A program made the position numbers and the translations under genes. Positions 10,748 to 20,507 of a stretch of 64,000 nt of DNA are shown here, in pieces. The stretch is from Clostridiales bacterium DTU086. Its GTDB lineage: Bacteria; Bacillota; DTU086. A model generated the notes under the pieces. That model searched no databases, was not told the origin of the DNA, and saw only the letters and a list, made by a program, of their open reading frames with translations. How positions within the stretch are numbered: position 1 is the first letter of the stretch; the number at the start of each line of letters is the position of its first letter. The stretch spans positions 20,040 to 84,039 of the forward strand of contig LFTO01000038.1 in NCBI GenBank assembly GCA_001513335.1, in the 5' to 3' direction.

Positions 10748-11746
10748 ATGGGTCGTGAAAGGCGCCTTGAATTAATCCATCAAATTCAATTCTTACGCAA
10801 TTCCAAGGTAATTTGCTATATTACAGGGGACCGGGAAAACATTAATACCCGGATTGCACCTGATGTAATACGTGTTTTTTACAGACACCTTGAAACCCTT
10901 GGCGAAAATGAACGCATAGACCTTTTTCTTTATACCAGAGGAGGCGATGTACTTACTCCCTGGCGTTTAGTAAACCTTATCCGGGAATACACAGAAAATT
11001 TTTCACTTTTGGTGCCTTTTAGGGCCTATAGTGCAGGAACATTAATCGGACTGGGGGCCAGTGAAATCGTTATGGGTAAAATGGGTGAGTTGGGACCAAT
11101 CGATCCCAGCGTTGCCAATGCATTTAACCCACAAGACCCCAGCAATCCCGTTGCAAAAATACCTGTCAGTGTAGAAGATGTATCTTCATTTGTCACACTG
11201 GCAATGGAAATTTTCCAGTTAAAAGGGCAGGAACAATTAGAATCCGTATTTACACACCTGGCAAACAATGTACATCCTCTCGCCCTAGGAAATGTACAGA
11301 GAAACTATGCCCTTATACGGTCCATAGCCCGGAAACTGCTGCGAATGCATATGAGTGCCGAGGAAGAAGAACTGATAAAAGACATTGTAAACAATTTAAC
11401 AGAAAAATTGTACGCCCACAACCACATGATTTCCAGGAGGGAAGCCAAGAATGATATTAAGCTTGGAATTGTCCAACCCTCTTTCGAATTGGAAAAGATA
11501 ATGTGGACTCTATATGAGGAATATGAAAAAGAATTAAAGCTTTCCGAACCCTTTATCCCCTCAGACCTTCTGTCTGAGGCTCAATCACACGTAGAATTTG
11601 AAGTGCCGGGAGGAGTAGTGGAAAGCCTATCTGCTCTTGATTATTTTGTCTTTAAAGGTTCTGTATCCTCGGGAGACATCCCCGGAGATATGGTGCCTTC
11701 AATAAATGTGAACATGGACAGGCAGTATTGGAAAAGAATAATTTAG
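10748..11746 (+). CDS. ClpP/crotonase-fold serine peptidase, S49/SDH (serine dehydrogenase proteinase)-like
   Basis: 'LFLYTRGGDVLTPWRLVNLI' and 'AYSAGTLIGLGASEIVM' match the ClpP-clan oxyanion/Ser regions. No TM segments. Monocistronic, with ~600 bp of non-coding DNA downstream. Confidence 0.55.
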   Translation: MGRERRLELIHQIQFLRNSKVICYITGDRENINTRIAPDVIRVFYRHLETLGENERIDLFLYTRGGDVLTPWRLVNLIREYTENFSLLVPFRAYSAGTLIGLGASEIVMGKMGELGPIDPSVANAFNPQDPSNPVAKIPVSVEDVSSFVTLAMEIFQLKGQEQLESVFTHLANNVHPLALGNVQRNYALIRSIARKLLRMHMSAEEEELIKDIVNNLTEKLYAHNHMISRREAKNDIKLGIVQPSFELEKIMWTLYEEYEKELKLSEPFIPSDLLSEAQSHVEFEVPGGVVESLSALDYFVFKGSVSSGDIPGDMVPSINVNMDRQYWKRII

Positions 11747-12333
11747 AAAAGAAGGTGAACTGATGGCAGAACGAATCAGGCCTCAACGTACTTTTACAGT
11801 CTCCAATAACTCCAGGCACAAACCCCTTACTTCCAAAGGGGCGACCCGTGCTCGTGTGTTGACTGGAGACTCCGGGTATGCTGCTGCAGAATTTAATTTT
11901 TTGTCCACCCATTTCCCGCCGCCGCTGATTATTATAGAACCTGATGAGGACACCAGCAGTTGGCGATATTAACAGGAATAAAAAAGAGTCCTGCTTGATG
12001 AACAGAACTCTTCGAATTATTTAAAGCTTGGCTGAAAACAAACGATCTTTCAGTTATGGCTTCTATTTTTGTCAGTTTCCATTTGTAAAACTGCTTCCTC
12101 AATCCGCCTAAGCCTTCTGTGAAATTTCACAAATAAGGTAATAAGCCTATAGGAATAGCAAGCAAAATCACAAAGTTTATGATCGACTAAATAAAGGTAT
12201 TAAGATCAATTGACACCGTTTTCACCGTCCGAAAAAAACTCTATAACCCTTTCAACTCATGGCGGCCTTTTTCCTGCTAAAGATTTTTTAATTTGGAAGC
12301 TATATTCCAGTTTTTCATCTGTTCACTAAAGAC

Positions 12334-12747
12334 TTATTGAGCTGAATGGACAGGAATCCTTCGCCCGCTGAAAGTATTTCCGGTAGTTTTCGAGAAACGG
12401 AGTTCCAGCAGACCATTCTTCAATTCTGCCTTTACCCTTTCTAAATCTGCATCGGGAACAACTGAAACAACTCGCATCATCAACCCCTTAGATCTTTCCT
12501 GATACCTGTAAGAACATTCCTGTGGGTCAATTGTTAATATTGGTGCATTAATAACAATATTGCGCCCTTCGCTAGTAACCTCCAGTTGTTTATCGTTGAT
12601 GCCAGGCATTTCAAATATGTAAACAATTTCATCCCTGGTTTCGAAAATGTCCATTTTAGGTATGATAGGATTACCTGCCCCTTCGGGCAGCAGTTGGCAT
12701 TGAACAGCTGATGACTGATAAGGCCACGCAACCTGGGTATGATACAT
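12334..12747 (-). CDS. Hsp20/alpha-crystallin family small heat-shock protein
   Basis: Alpha-crystallin domain 'DIFETRDEIVYIFEMPGINDKQLEV…GLLELRF'. Confidence 0.85.
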   Translation of the reverse strand: MYHTQVAWPYQSSAVQCQLLPEGAGNPIIPKMDIFETRDEIVYIFEMPGINDKQLEVTSEGRNIVINAPILTIDPQECSYRYQERSKGLMMRVVSVVPDADLERVKAELKNGLLELRFSKTTGNTFSGRRIPVHSAQ

Positions 12748-12895
12748 TCAAAAGCCCCCTATTTATGAAGATTCCCGGGGTTAGTATGTTCATCTGATTA
12801 TGGTTTATTCAACTACCTTCCCTGCTGCAACACTCCGAACATGTTACTTAAAGCCCCATCTTATTCCTCAGGTAGTGCAAAAAACCCTGATTTCA

Positions 12896-12924
12896 TTGAC
12901 AAAACGGCAGCTCCGTACTATAAT
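12896..12924 (+). promoter_or_regulatory. Consensus sigma-A promoter for tRNA-Pro
   Basis: TTGACA, 17 nt spacer, TATAAT, ~28 nt upstream of the mature tRNA 5' end. Confidence 0.6.
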
Positions 12925-12951
12925 AATACTCGCTGTTGAATTAATGTTTGC

Positions 12952-13028
12952 CGGGATGTGGCTCAGTTTGGCAGAGCGCTGCGTTCGGGACGCAGAGGTC
13001 GCTGGTTCAAATCCAGTCATCCCGACCA
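12952..13028 (+). tRNA. tRNA-Pro (anticodon CGG), CCA encoded
   Basis: Cloverleaf read by hand: acceptor CGGGATG/CATCCCG, D-arm GCTCAGTTTGGCAGAGC, anticodon stem CTGCG/CGCAG with loop TTCGGGA, T-arm GGTTCAAATCC, 3' ACCA. Confidence 0.85.
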
Positions 13029-13038
13029 AATTATTGAG

Positions 13039-13082
13039 ACGCATTTTATCTTCTCCATGAAGAATAAAATGCGGTTTTTTTA
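13039..13082 (+). terminator. Intrinsic terminator after tRNA-Pro
   Basis: ~14-bp imperfect stem CGCATTTTATCTTC…GAAGAATAAAATGCG followed by TTTTTTT. Confidence 0.7.
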
Positions 13083-13181
13083 CTTTTACCAGGACTTATG
13101 CTTTTCAAATTATTGTGGATAACTACGACAGGTTTTCAATACCTGCAAGTGAAGGTTGAAGAAGGCTATCATGAAGCGGGA

Positions 13182-13646
13182 TTACCGGGATACTTGGCCC
13201 CTAAAACCCACCTGGCGCAGGGCTTCATATACTACAATCGCCACCGAGTTGGAAAGATTCAAAGACCTGACAGTGTCCAGGGTCGGAATCCTTACGGAAA
13301 AGTCCCAGTTTTCATGGAGCAATTCTTCAGGCAGGCCTTCTGTTTCCCTTCCAAAGACAAGAAAATCATCGGGTTTATACGTAATTTCCCAATATAACTT
13401 TTCCGCTTTCTTTGAAGTGTAGAAAAACCTGCTGCCAGGATACTGGTTTTTTAACTCTTCCAAAGTATCATAACGGTGTATATCCGCCAAATAAAAATAA
13501 TCCAGTCCTGCCCTCTTCAAATATTTGTCCCGCAGTGAAAAACCCAGCTGCCCCACCAGGTGCAAACTGCTCCCGGTAGCCACACAGGTACGAATAATAT
13601 TACCGGTATTTGAGGGTATCTCAGGCTCTACAAGTACAATGTGCAT
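13182..13646 (-). CDS. trmL: tRNA (cytidine/uridine-34 2'-O)-methyltransferase TrmL (SpoU/TrmH family)
   Basis: 'IVLVEPEIPSNTGNIIRTC' and the SPOUT knot motifs. 154 aa. Confidence 0.85.
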   Translation of the reverse strand: MHIVLVEPEIPSNTGNIIRTCVATGSSLHLVGQLGFSLRDKYLKRAGLDYFYLADIHRYDTLEELKNQYPGSRFFYTSKKAEKLYWEITYKPDDFLVFGRETEGLPEELLHENWDFSVRIPTLDTVRSLNLSNSVAIVVYEALRQVGFRGQVSR

Positions 13647-13780
13647 CCGCCGGAACTCCCTTCAACGGTTTAGCTTTTACTGTATTATCTTTATTTATGA
13701 GTGTCATTGAATCTCTCCCCTGCGCTCTCGCTGGCCTAAGGAAGGCTGTTTTGAAGAGGGAAAAATCTTGCCAAGGGTGG

Positions 13781-14062
13781 TTAAATTATTTCCAGTTTAA
13801 AGCTTACTACCTGGAAATAACCATTGTTGTCTAAAAAACCCTCAATGGCGCCAAAGGTCCGGTCAATAACATCCTTGTCTTTGCTTACACTGGCTAAACC
13901 AAGTGTAGCAGTCTTCCAAACATCATGGTTATCCAGTTCGCACACGGACACATTAAATTTGCTACGCAGGCGCTGTATAACCCCTTTTACAATCCCCCTC
14001 TTATCCTTGAGGGAATGAGATGTTGGAATATATATTTCTACAGTACATAACCCTACCACCAT
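13781..14062 (-). CDS. DUF503/YlxP-like protein
   Basis: 'VGLCTVEIYIPTSHSLKDKRGIVKGVIQRLRSKFNVSV' is typical of DUF503. Confidence 0.7.
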   Translation of the reverse strand: MVVGLCTVEIYIPTSHSLKDKRGIVKGVIQRLRSKFNVSVCELDNHDVWKTATLGLASVSKDKDVIDRTFGAIEGFLDNNGYFQVVSFKLEII

Positions 14063-14145
14063 AAGTCAAACACCTCTGGCTTGTCCTAATAACAACCACT
14101 GAATTTTATTATATCATGGAGATTATATCCTTGGGACTAGAGGGT

Positions 14146-14181
14146 TCATTGAACTTTAGACCTCTTTTTGGTATAGTATCT
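14146..14181 (+). promoter_or_regulatory. Sigma-A promoter for the aconitase gene
   Basis: TTGAAC, 17 nt spacer, TATAGT, then a GGGAGAGGAAG RBS. Confidence 0.5.
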
Positions 14182-14230
14182 CTAACCTGTTTTTCGTAAT
14201 AATCGGCTTCATGGGAGAGGAAGTGTAATA

Positions 14231-16156
14231 ATGGGAAAAAATTTGGCACAAAAAATAATTTCCAACCATCTTGTGGCGGGTACTATGTCCGTTGGCGAAG
14301 AAATCGCTCTGAAGATAGACCAAACACTGACCCAGGATGCCACCGGAACCATGGCCTACCTACAATTCGAGGCTATGGGGATTCCTAAAGTAAAAACCGA
14401 GCTCTCCGTCAGTTACGTAGATCACAACACCCTTCAGTCCGGTTTTGAAAATGCCGATGACCATAGGTTTTTGCGTACAATTGCTTCAAAATACGGCATT
14501 TATTTCTCCAGACCAGGTAATGGAATTTGTCACCAGGTGCACCTGGAAAGGTTCGGACAGCCAGGGAAAACCCTCCTTGGCTCGGACAGCCATACGCCTA
14601 CAGGCGGTGGTATCGCCATGCTGGCAATTGGTGCCGGGGGATTGGATGTTGCAGCAGCTATGGCAGGAATGCCTTTCTATTTGAATATGCCTGCAGTAGT
14701 AAATATCCGGCTGTCGGGCAAGAGACAGCCCTGGGTTTCGGCAAAAGACGTTATTTTGGAAGTTCTCCGCAGGCTAAGCGTCAAAGGCGGAGTAGGCAAA
14801 ATCATGGAATATTCGGGAGATGGAGTTGCCGATTTATCTGTACCTGAAAGAGCAACAATAACCAACATGGGTGCAGAACTTGGCGCTACTACCTCGATAT
14901 TCCCAAGTGATGAGCACACACGTCTTTTCATGAAATCCCAAGGCCGGGAAAAATACTGGATACCATTGGAAGCTGATGCAGATGCAGAATACGACAGTGT
15001 AATTGATATTGATTTATCCACCCTTGAACCTATGGCCGCCAAGCCACACAGCCCCGATGCCGTGGACACTATACGGAATATCGGTCCTATCAAGGTGGAT
15101 CAGGTTGCTATCGGAAGCTGCACCAATGCTTCATATACTGACCTCATGCGTGTAGCTGCCATATTAAAAGGGAAAAAAGTTCACTCCGGCACAGATTTGG
15201 TTATATCTCCTGGTTCCCGCCAGGTTTTGGAAATGCTGGCCAGAAATGGGGCACTGGCAGACATGGTCTCTGCCGGGGCAAGAATTTTGGAAACTACCTG
15301 CGGGCCGTGTATAGGTATGGGGCAAGCACCGTCATCCGGCTCCGTATCAGTCCGCACATTTAACCGGAATTTCAAAGGACGCAGCGGAACAGCCGATGCA
15401 GAGGTTTACTTGACAGGCCCAGAGACAGCAGCTGCAACGGCTATTTTCGGCGTATTGACGGATCCCAGAGATTTAGGTGGTTTTATAGAAATAGAATTAC
15501 CGGAGAACTTTATTACTGATGACGAAATGATTATAGCACCATCTAAAGAACCGGAGACTGTTGAAGTACTGCGAGGACCAAATATTAAGCCGTTACCGGT
15601 GAGAAAAGAACTGCCGGAAACCCTGTCAGGCAGTATACTCCTCAAATTAGGGGACAATATTACCACAGACGACATTATGCCGGCAGGGGCAAAAATTCTG
15701 CCTTTAAGGTCTAATATTCCAGCTATTTCAAAATTTGTTTTTTCCAACATCGACCCTTCATTCCCGGAAAGGGCCCTGCAAAGGGGTGGAGGTTTCATTG
15801 TCGGCGGACATAACTATGGTCAGGGCTCCAGCAGGGAGCATGCCGCATTGGCTCCAATGTACCTGGGCATAAAGGCAATTATCGCCAAGTCATTTGCCCG
15901 TATCCACAGGGCAAACTTGATTAATTTTGGGATACTACCCTTAACTTTTGTAGACGAAACTGACTGGGAACAAATTGATTCCGGCGATGAACTGGTTATA
16001 AAAAACGCACCGCTTAATCTTGCCGGTGATAAATTGGTAATTGAAAATGTGACCAAGAATAAAATGTTCCAGGTGAAACATGGCCTTTCAAAAAGGCAGA
16101 TAGACATAGTCCTATCGGGCGGGCTGCTGAATTATATTCGAACAAGTGTAAAATAA
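14231..16156 (+). CDS. Aconitase-family hydratase, 641 aa (Aquifex-type putative aconitate hydratase)
   Basis: Fe-S ligand motifs 'IGSCTNAS' and 'CGPCIGMG'. Swivel-domain 'GDNITTDDIMPAG' and 'FARIHRANLINFGILPL'. Large and small domains are fused in one polypeptide. Confidence 0.8.
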   Translation: MGKNLAQKIISNHLVAGTMSVGEEIALKIDQTLTQDATGTMAYLQFEAMGIPKVKTELSVSYVDHNTLQSGFENADDHRFLRTIASKYGIYFSRPGNGICHQVHLERFGQPGKTLLGSDSHTPTGGGIAMLAIGAGGLDVAAAMAGMPFYLNMPAVVNIRLSGKRQPWVSAKDVILEVLRRLSVKGGVGKIMEYSGDGVADLSVPERATITNMGAELGATTSIFPSDEHTRLFMKSQGREKYWIPLEADADAEYDSVIDIDLSTLEPMAAKPHSPDAVDTIRNIGPIKVDQVAIGSCTNASYTDLMRVAAILKGKKVHSGTDLVISPGSRQVLEMLARNGALADMVSAGARILETTCGPCIGMGQAPSSGSVSVRTFNRNFKGRSGTADAEVYLTGPETAAATAIFGVLTDPRDLGGFIEIELPENFITDDEMIIAPSKEPETVEVLRGPNIKPLPVRKELPETLSGSILLKLGDNITTDDIMPAGAKILPLRSNIPAISKFVFSNIDPSFPERALQRGGGFIVGGHNYGQGSSREHAALAPMYLGIKAIIAKSFARIHRANLINFGILPLTFVDETDWEQIDSGDELVIKNAPLNLAGDKLVIENVTKNKMFQVKHGLSKRQIDIVLSGGLLNYIRTSVK

Positions 16157-16175
16157 AAAAAAGACACAAAAAAAT

Positions 16176-16208
16176 CCCCATTTCCAGAAGGAATGGGGGT
16201 TTTTTTGC
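16176..16208 (+). terminator. Intrinsic terminator after the aconitase gene
   Basis: CCCCATTTCC-agaa-GGAATGGGG hairpin followed by TTTTTTT. Confidence 0.8.
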
Positions 16209-16310
16209 CTTGCATCCTGAATAGGTACTAAAGTTTTCACAAAAAATAAGCAAAATAATCATTATTGGCCGGAAAACTTTCGTTCATTTATGCACCTCAG
16301 GAGATCATTT

Positions 16311-16931
16311 ATGAATGAAAACAGTATTACTGATTTTGTTCAAAACCTGCGAGCTATTCTAAATAATACGGAAGAAAAATCAACTGAAAATTGTTCCAAC
16401 TACCTTGATTTAGGAGAGAACAACCAGTGCAGTCTGGAACAACTAGAGCTTTCCCAACAAAGTTTACCCAAAGACAACCCCATACACCTTGCTTTTTCAC
16501 AAATTTTCCAATCGCTTCGCAATAATCATTTTGACCGGGTAAAACTGGGTCTTAATGAAATAATTCAGTATTACCTCCTGAATTCCGGAGAAAATCATTT
16601 GGGTAGATTCAGTAAGGAAATTCTTGAGCACATTTACCTGATTGTACTGTATTTCACCCACGAGGCATTTCCATTTGACCGGTACTTTTTTAATTACTTA
16701 ACAAAATGTTATCAATCGGCCTGCAGTTTTTTGTTATCAGGGCACAAGAACGCAGAAATCCAACTGTTTACGGACCATATTGTAGCTGTAGGGAAAATTG
16801 TCTCTCAAAAGCAGATGGATACATGCGGTATCCATCTGCTGTTAAGAAATATTGAGACATTTGCAATGGAAAATCATTTAATGGATCTGGCTGATAAGGC
16901 AAGAAACAGCCGCCACACACTGGAAATATAA
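16311..16931 (+). CDS. Hypothetical protein, 206 aa, predicted all-alpha cytosolic; no recognisable domain
   Basis: ATG with a CAGGAG RBS. Strongly AT-rich coding sequence (~30% GC) unlike its neighbours. It forms a pair with the next ORF (22-bp spacer). Confidence 0.55.
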   Translation: MNENSITDFVQNLRAILNNTEEKSTENCSNYLDLGENNQCSLEQLELSQQSLPKDNPIHLAFSQIFQSLRNNHFDRVKLGLNEIIQYYLLNSGENHLGRFSKEILEHIYLIVLYFTHEAFPFDRYFFNYLTKCYQSACSFLLSGHKNAEIQLFTDHIVAVGKIVSQKQMDTCGIHLLLRNIETFAMENHLMDLADKARNSRHTLEI

Positions 16932-16953
16932 CCATGTTTGAAAGGAATCAAGT

Positions 16954-18033
16954 ATGCTGCAAAAAGAACAGTACCTATTTATTATTATCAGTATCGGTAC
17001 CGGCCTACTAAGCCTTCTAGGTTCTGTAGGTATTTTTATTTCATTGATCGTTCAGCGAAAAGTTGAACGTCTCCAAGCAATTCTTGAAGAGTTGATTGAC
17101 CTGGCATACATGGAGGAACAGAATCTGACAGGCACCATTTACCGAATTGTACAAAAGTATCAAATGCACTACCTGCTGCCCAATGAACCTGTAAATACAA
17201 TAATGTACTATATAGATGCCACTATTTCTTTGGTTGTCCTTATCTGGGTTTTACTCCACCTTTTTGTAATCTCCCGGTCAATAACATTGGAAACTATCCC
17301 TCTTTTGTTGCCATTGTTAGGCGCTATTATTATCTTAATTTTTTTCAGGAAACTCCTTAAATATGCAGTTAGCCCTTTAGACAACCCCCTGTTAAGCGGC
17401 ATTATTCCGCCCCCAACAAGGTTAAGAAGCATTTCCTTTTTATCCGGATATGTAAATGTTTCAGTAAAAGCCCTACTTAAGCAGGCCCGGTTTAATTTAT
17501 TTATCGAAAAAAAAGGCGACAATTTAGCGAGCATTATCCTTAAAGAAGAGCTTTCCTTTGATGATTTCTTTTACTTCATCACCGTTGGACCACAGGAAAA
17601 CCCTTTATTTTTGGGCTTTGGAAAAATATTGTTTTCTTTTGACCCAGATACAATAACCGGAAAACCGACTCCATTACAGCATAACATCAATGTCCCTCTG
17701 GGACTTAGCAAATGGGACAAGTTTAAGGACTCAGAGATTGAAGCACACTTTCTGTTATTTCCCTACAGCGAAAAAAACCCAATAAACAGCACCTTCCTTC
17801 TCACCAGACAAAACAGCTACTATTTTTCCTTGAATAGGCCGGAAACAACAATTCTTGATGGCGTTGTTTACAAATTTGAATGCGGAAAACTTGTAATTTT
17901 GGAAAATAAGGGCTTCCCACTGATGGAATCAGTAAAGCAATTTTTTGAAAACAAAAATGAACGTTATTATTACCCTGATCCATTAACCAGAAAAGCCGTC
18001 AGAACCTGTAGTGAAGCGGCTTATATAGATTGA
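16954..18033 (+). CDS. Hypothetical membrane protein, 359 aa (about three TM helices plus a ~220-aa C-terminal soluble domain); no recognisable domain
   Basis: Hydrophobic segments at roughly aa 7-32, 83-105 and 113-132. AT-rich. Apparently co-transcribed with the preceding ORF. Confidence 0.55.
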   Translation: MLQKEQYLFIIISIGTGLLSLLGSVGIFISLIVQRKVERLQAILEELIDLAYMEEQNLTGTIYRIVQKYQMHYLLPNEPVNTIMYYIDATISLVVLIWVLLHLFVISRSITLETIPLLLPLLGAIIILIFFRKLLKYAVSPLDNPLLSGIIPPPTRLRSISFLSGYVNVSVKALLKQARFNLFIEKKGDNLASIILKEELSFDDFFYFITVGPQENPLFLGFGKILFSFDPDTITGKPTPLQHNINVPLGLSKWDKFKDSEIEAHFLLFPYSEKNPINSTFLLTRQNSYYFSLNRPETTILDGVVYKFECGKLVILENKGFPLMESVKQFFENKNERYYYPDPLTRKAVRTCSEAAYID

Positions 18034-18196
18034 AGAGCGTTTCTATGTACCTACATATTATTTTGGACCCACCATTATAACGCTATATTTTCTGGACATA
18101 CTAAAAGATATGGAACCGGGGCAATTTCTAATCTTCCTCATCGCAATTACCCTTTTACCTTGAATAAACAATATAATTGGTAAAGGAGTTAAGAAT

Positions 18197-18790
18197 ATGT
18201 CCACTTTTCTTCTGGTGACCGGAATCATTGTTGCGGTCTCTACACTAACATTTGTCTACTTAAGAAAACAACAACGTCAAAAGCAGAACCTTAAACCGGA
18301 GGTTTCTGAAAAGGAGGGGATTGAAAACCTTGACTTCCCAATCAGTTACGGAAAAAATCAGGTTACCCTTCTGGTGCGGGATCCCGATTGGCTTTTTGCT
18401 TATTGGGAAATTACTGCTACCGCTCAATCCGAATTCTCAAAACAATTTGGCAATGCCTGGAGCATTTCGAAACCAACGCTTAGGGTTTATGACGTTACAA
18501 ATGGAACCCCTCAAATATATTACGATATACAAATTCAAGACTACGCTGAAAGCTGGTACATTCATGTGGGAAAACCTAATCACACTTTTTTTGTTGATCT
18601 GGGCAGAATCTTACCCGATGGACGATTTTATTGTATTGCAAGGTCTAATATAGTAACCACTCCCACTAACCGCGTTTCGGATATCATTGACCCCAACTGG
18701 CTGCCGAACGAAGCTGTTTGGAATGCTTTAAGAGCCCAGGAACTGGATGTCTTAAGTTCCTGGGGATTATTTGAAAGGGAGTGTGACTGA
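18197..18790 (+). CDS. DUF4912-domain protein with an N-terminal TM anchor
   Basis: 'RDPDWLFAYWEIT' signature. This family is typically adjacent to GH57 enzymes. AAAGGAG RBS. Confidence 0.7.
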   Translation: MSTFLLVTGIIVAVSTLTFVYLRKQQRQKQNLKPEVSEKEGIENLDFPISYGKNQVTLLVRDPDWLFAYWEITATAQSEFSKQFGNAWSISKPTLRVYDVTNGTPQIYYDIQIQDYAESWYIHVGKPNHTFFVDLGRILPDGRFYCIARSNIVTTPTNRVSDIIDPNWLPNEAVWNALRAQELDVLSSWGLFERECD

Positions 18791-20386
18791 TTGGAAAAAG
18801 GATACTTGAGCCTTGTACTTCACGCCCACTTACCCTTTGTGCGGCATCCCGAAGACGAAAATTTCCTTGAAGAAAAATGGCTTTACGAAGCAATCACTGA
18901 AACGTATATTCCCTTGATTTGGGTTTTTGAGAACTTATTAAATGATGGGGTTAAGTTCCGGTTAACGATTTCCTTAAGCCCACCCCTTATAGCTATGTTA
19001 ACGGATTCCCTGCTCCAGCAGAGATATTTGAAACACCTTAACAAACTCAGGGAACTTGCCGCAAGAGAAGTATCGCGGACAAAGAAGGAACAACATGAGG
19101 TTCACCAGTGCGCCCTGATGTACCAAAACATGTTTGAAAAAGCATACAAGACTTTCCATTACGACTACCAGGACAACCTTGTCCAAGCTTTCAAAAAGTT
19201 TCAGGATCACGGAGTTCTTGAGGTAATCACCTGCGCAGGAACTCATGGTTATCTCCCCCTGTTGGGAATCCACCGGGAGACAGTACGGGCACAAATCAAC
19301 CTGGCAGTAGACTATTACCGTGAGTACTTTGGAAAAAATCCTGAAGGAATGTGGCTGCCGGAGTGCGCTTATAACCCAGGAGATGATAAATTTCTTAAGG
19401 AAGCGGGTATAAAATACTTTTTCGTTGATACTCATGGGCTGCTTTTCTCCACACCCAGACCAAAATACGGCATCTATGCACCGGTAATATGCCCTTCCGG
19501 GACTGCAGCTTTTGGGAGAGATATGGAATCCTCGAAACAGGTGTGGAGTGCCAATGAAGGATATCCCGGAGACTTTGATTACCGGGAATTCTACAGGGAC
19601 ATTGGTTATGACCTTGATTATGATTATATTAAACCCTATATTCACCCAGATGGAATACGAACGGACACAGGGTTAAAGTATTACAGGATTACCGGGAAAA
19701 ATACCGATTACAAACAGCCATACATACCCCATCATGCAAGAGAGAAGGCTGCAATCCATGCGGGCAATTTCATGTTTAACCGGGAAAGACAGATAGAGTA
19801 TCTCTCAAGACACATGGACAGGCCGCCTATTGTTGTATCTCCTTACGATGCGGAATTATTTGGCCATTGGTGGTTTGAAGGTCCCATGTGGCTGGAATTT
19901 CTGATTAGAAAAATTACTTTTGACCAAAATATCATTGAACTAAAAACACCCGGTGATTACCTGGAAGAAATCCCGAATAATCAACCAAGCCAACCGCCCA
20001 TGACAAGTTGGGGATACAAAGGGTACAACGAAGTCTGGCTGGAAGGCAGCAACGACTGGATCTACAGGCACCTGCATAACTGCGCAGAAAGAATGATTGA
20101 ATTGGCAAATAACAACAGCGGTGGCGAACCGGAACTAATCAGACGCGCACTCAACCAAGCAGCAAGGGAAATCTTTCTTGCCCAAGCAAGTGACTGGGCT
20201 TTTATTATGAAAACGGGAACTATGGTAGACTACGCAAGGAAGCGGACAACAGACCACGTTTCCCGGTTCACCAAGTTATATAAGGAAATAAAAGAAAGAA
20301 CCGTTGATGAATCCTGGCTTAAAAAGTTGGAGGATACAGATAATATATTTCCAAAAATAAATTACGAAATCTACAAAACGGTTTGA
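18791..20386 (+). CDS. Glycoside hydrolase family 57 enzyme, likely 1,4-alpha-glucan branching enzyme
   Basis: 'LSLVLHAHLPFVRHPE', 'WLPECAY', 'ELFGHWWFEG' are GH57 catalytic-region motifs. 531 aa is typical of GH57 branching enzymes. TTG start overlapping the DUF4912 stop. Confidence 0.8.
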   Translation: MEKGYLSLVLHAHLPFVRHPEDENFLEEKWLYEAITETYIPLIWVFENLLNDGVKFRLTISLSPPLIAMLTDSLLQQRYLKHLNKLRELAAREVSRTKKEQHEVHQCALMYQNMFEKAYKTFHYDYQDNLVQAFKKFQDHGVLEVITCAGTHGYLPLLGIHRETVRAQINLAVDYYREYFGKNPEGMWLPECAYNPGDDKFLKEAGIKYFFVDTHGLLFSTPRPKYGIYAPVICPSGTAAFGRDMESSKQVWSANEGYPGDFDYREFYRDIGYDLDYDYIKPYIHPDGIRTDTGLKYYRITGKNTDYKQPYIPHHAREKAAIHAGNFMFNRERQIEYLSRHMDRPPIVVSPYDAELFGHWWFEGPMWLEFLIRKITFDQNIIELKTPGDYLEEIPNNQPSQPPMTSWGYKGYNEVWLEGSNDWIYRHLHNCAERMIELANNNSGGEPELIRRALNQAAREIFLAQASDWAFIMKTGTMVDYARKRTTDHVSRFTKLYKEIKERTVDESWLKKLEDTDNIFPKINYEIYKTV

Positions 20387-20445
20387 TTATTTCGGTCTCT
20401 GAGGGCTTTTCTGAAGGAACCGATACATGATTAGGTGTATTCGAA

Positions 20446-20482
20446 CCCTCCAGTTAATCTTTGCAGCCAATCAACTGGAGGG
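20446..20482. terminator. 10-bp perfect inverted repeat between convergent genes (putative terminator)
   Basis: CCCTCCAGTT…AACTGGAGGG. No strong U-tract on either side. Confidence 0.4.
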
Positions 20483-20507
20483 CAAATTGTTCTATGATTG
20501 GGAAGCG

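Noticed and set aside
11763-11972. 69-aa ORF just downstream of the ClpP-fold peptidase gene
   Set aside because: No RBS, and the product is Arg/Ser/Thr-rich low complexity. Probably non-coding 3' region.
12748-12830. CIRCE (HrcA) or CtsR operator upstream of hsp20
   Set aside because: No TTAGCACTC-N9-GAGTGCTAA or GGTCAAA heptad repeats are found on either strand.
13098-13422. Plus-strand ORFs overlapping trmL
   Set aside because: They are antisense to a well-supported trmL. No RBS and no domain.
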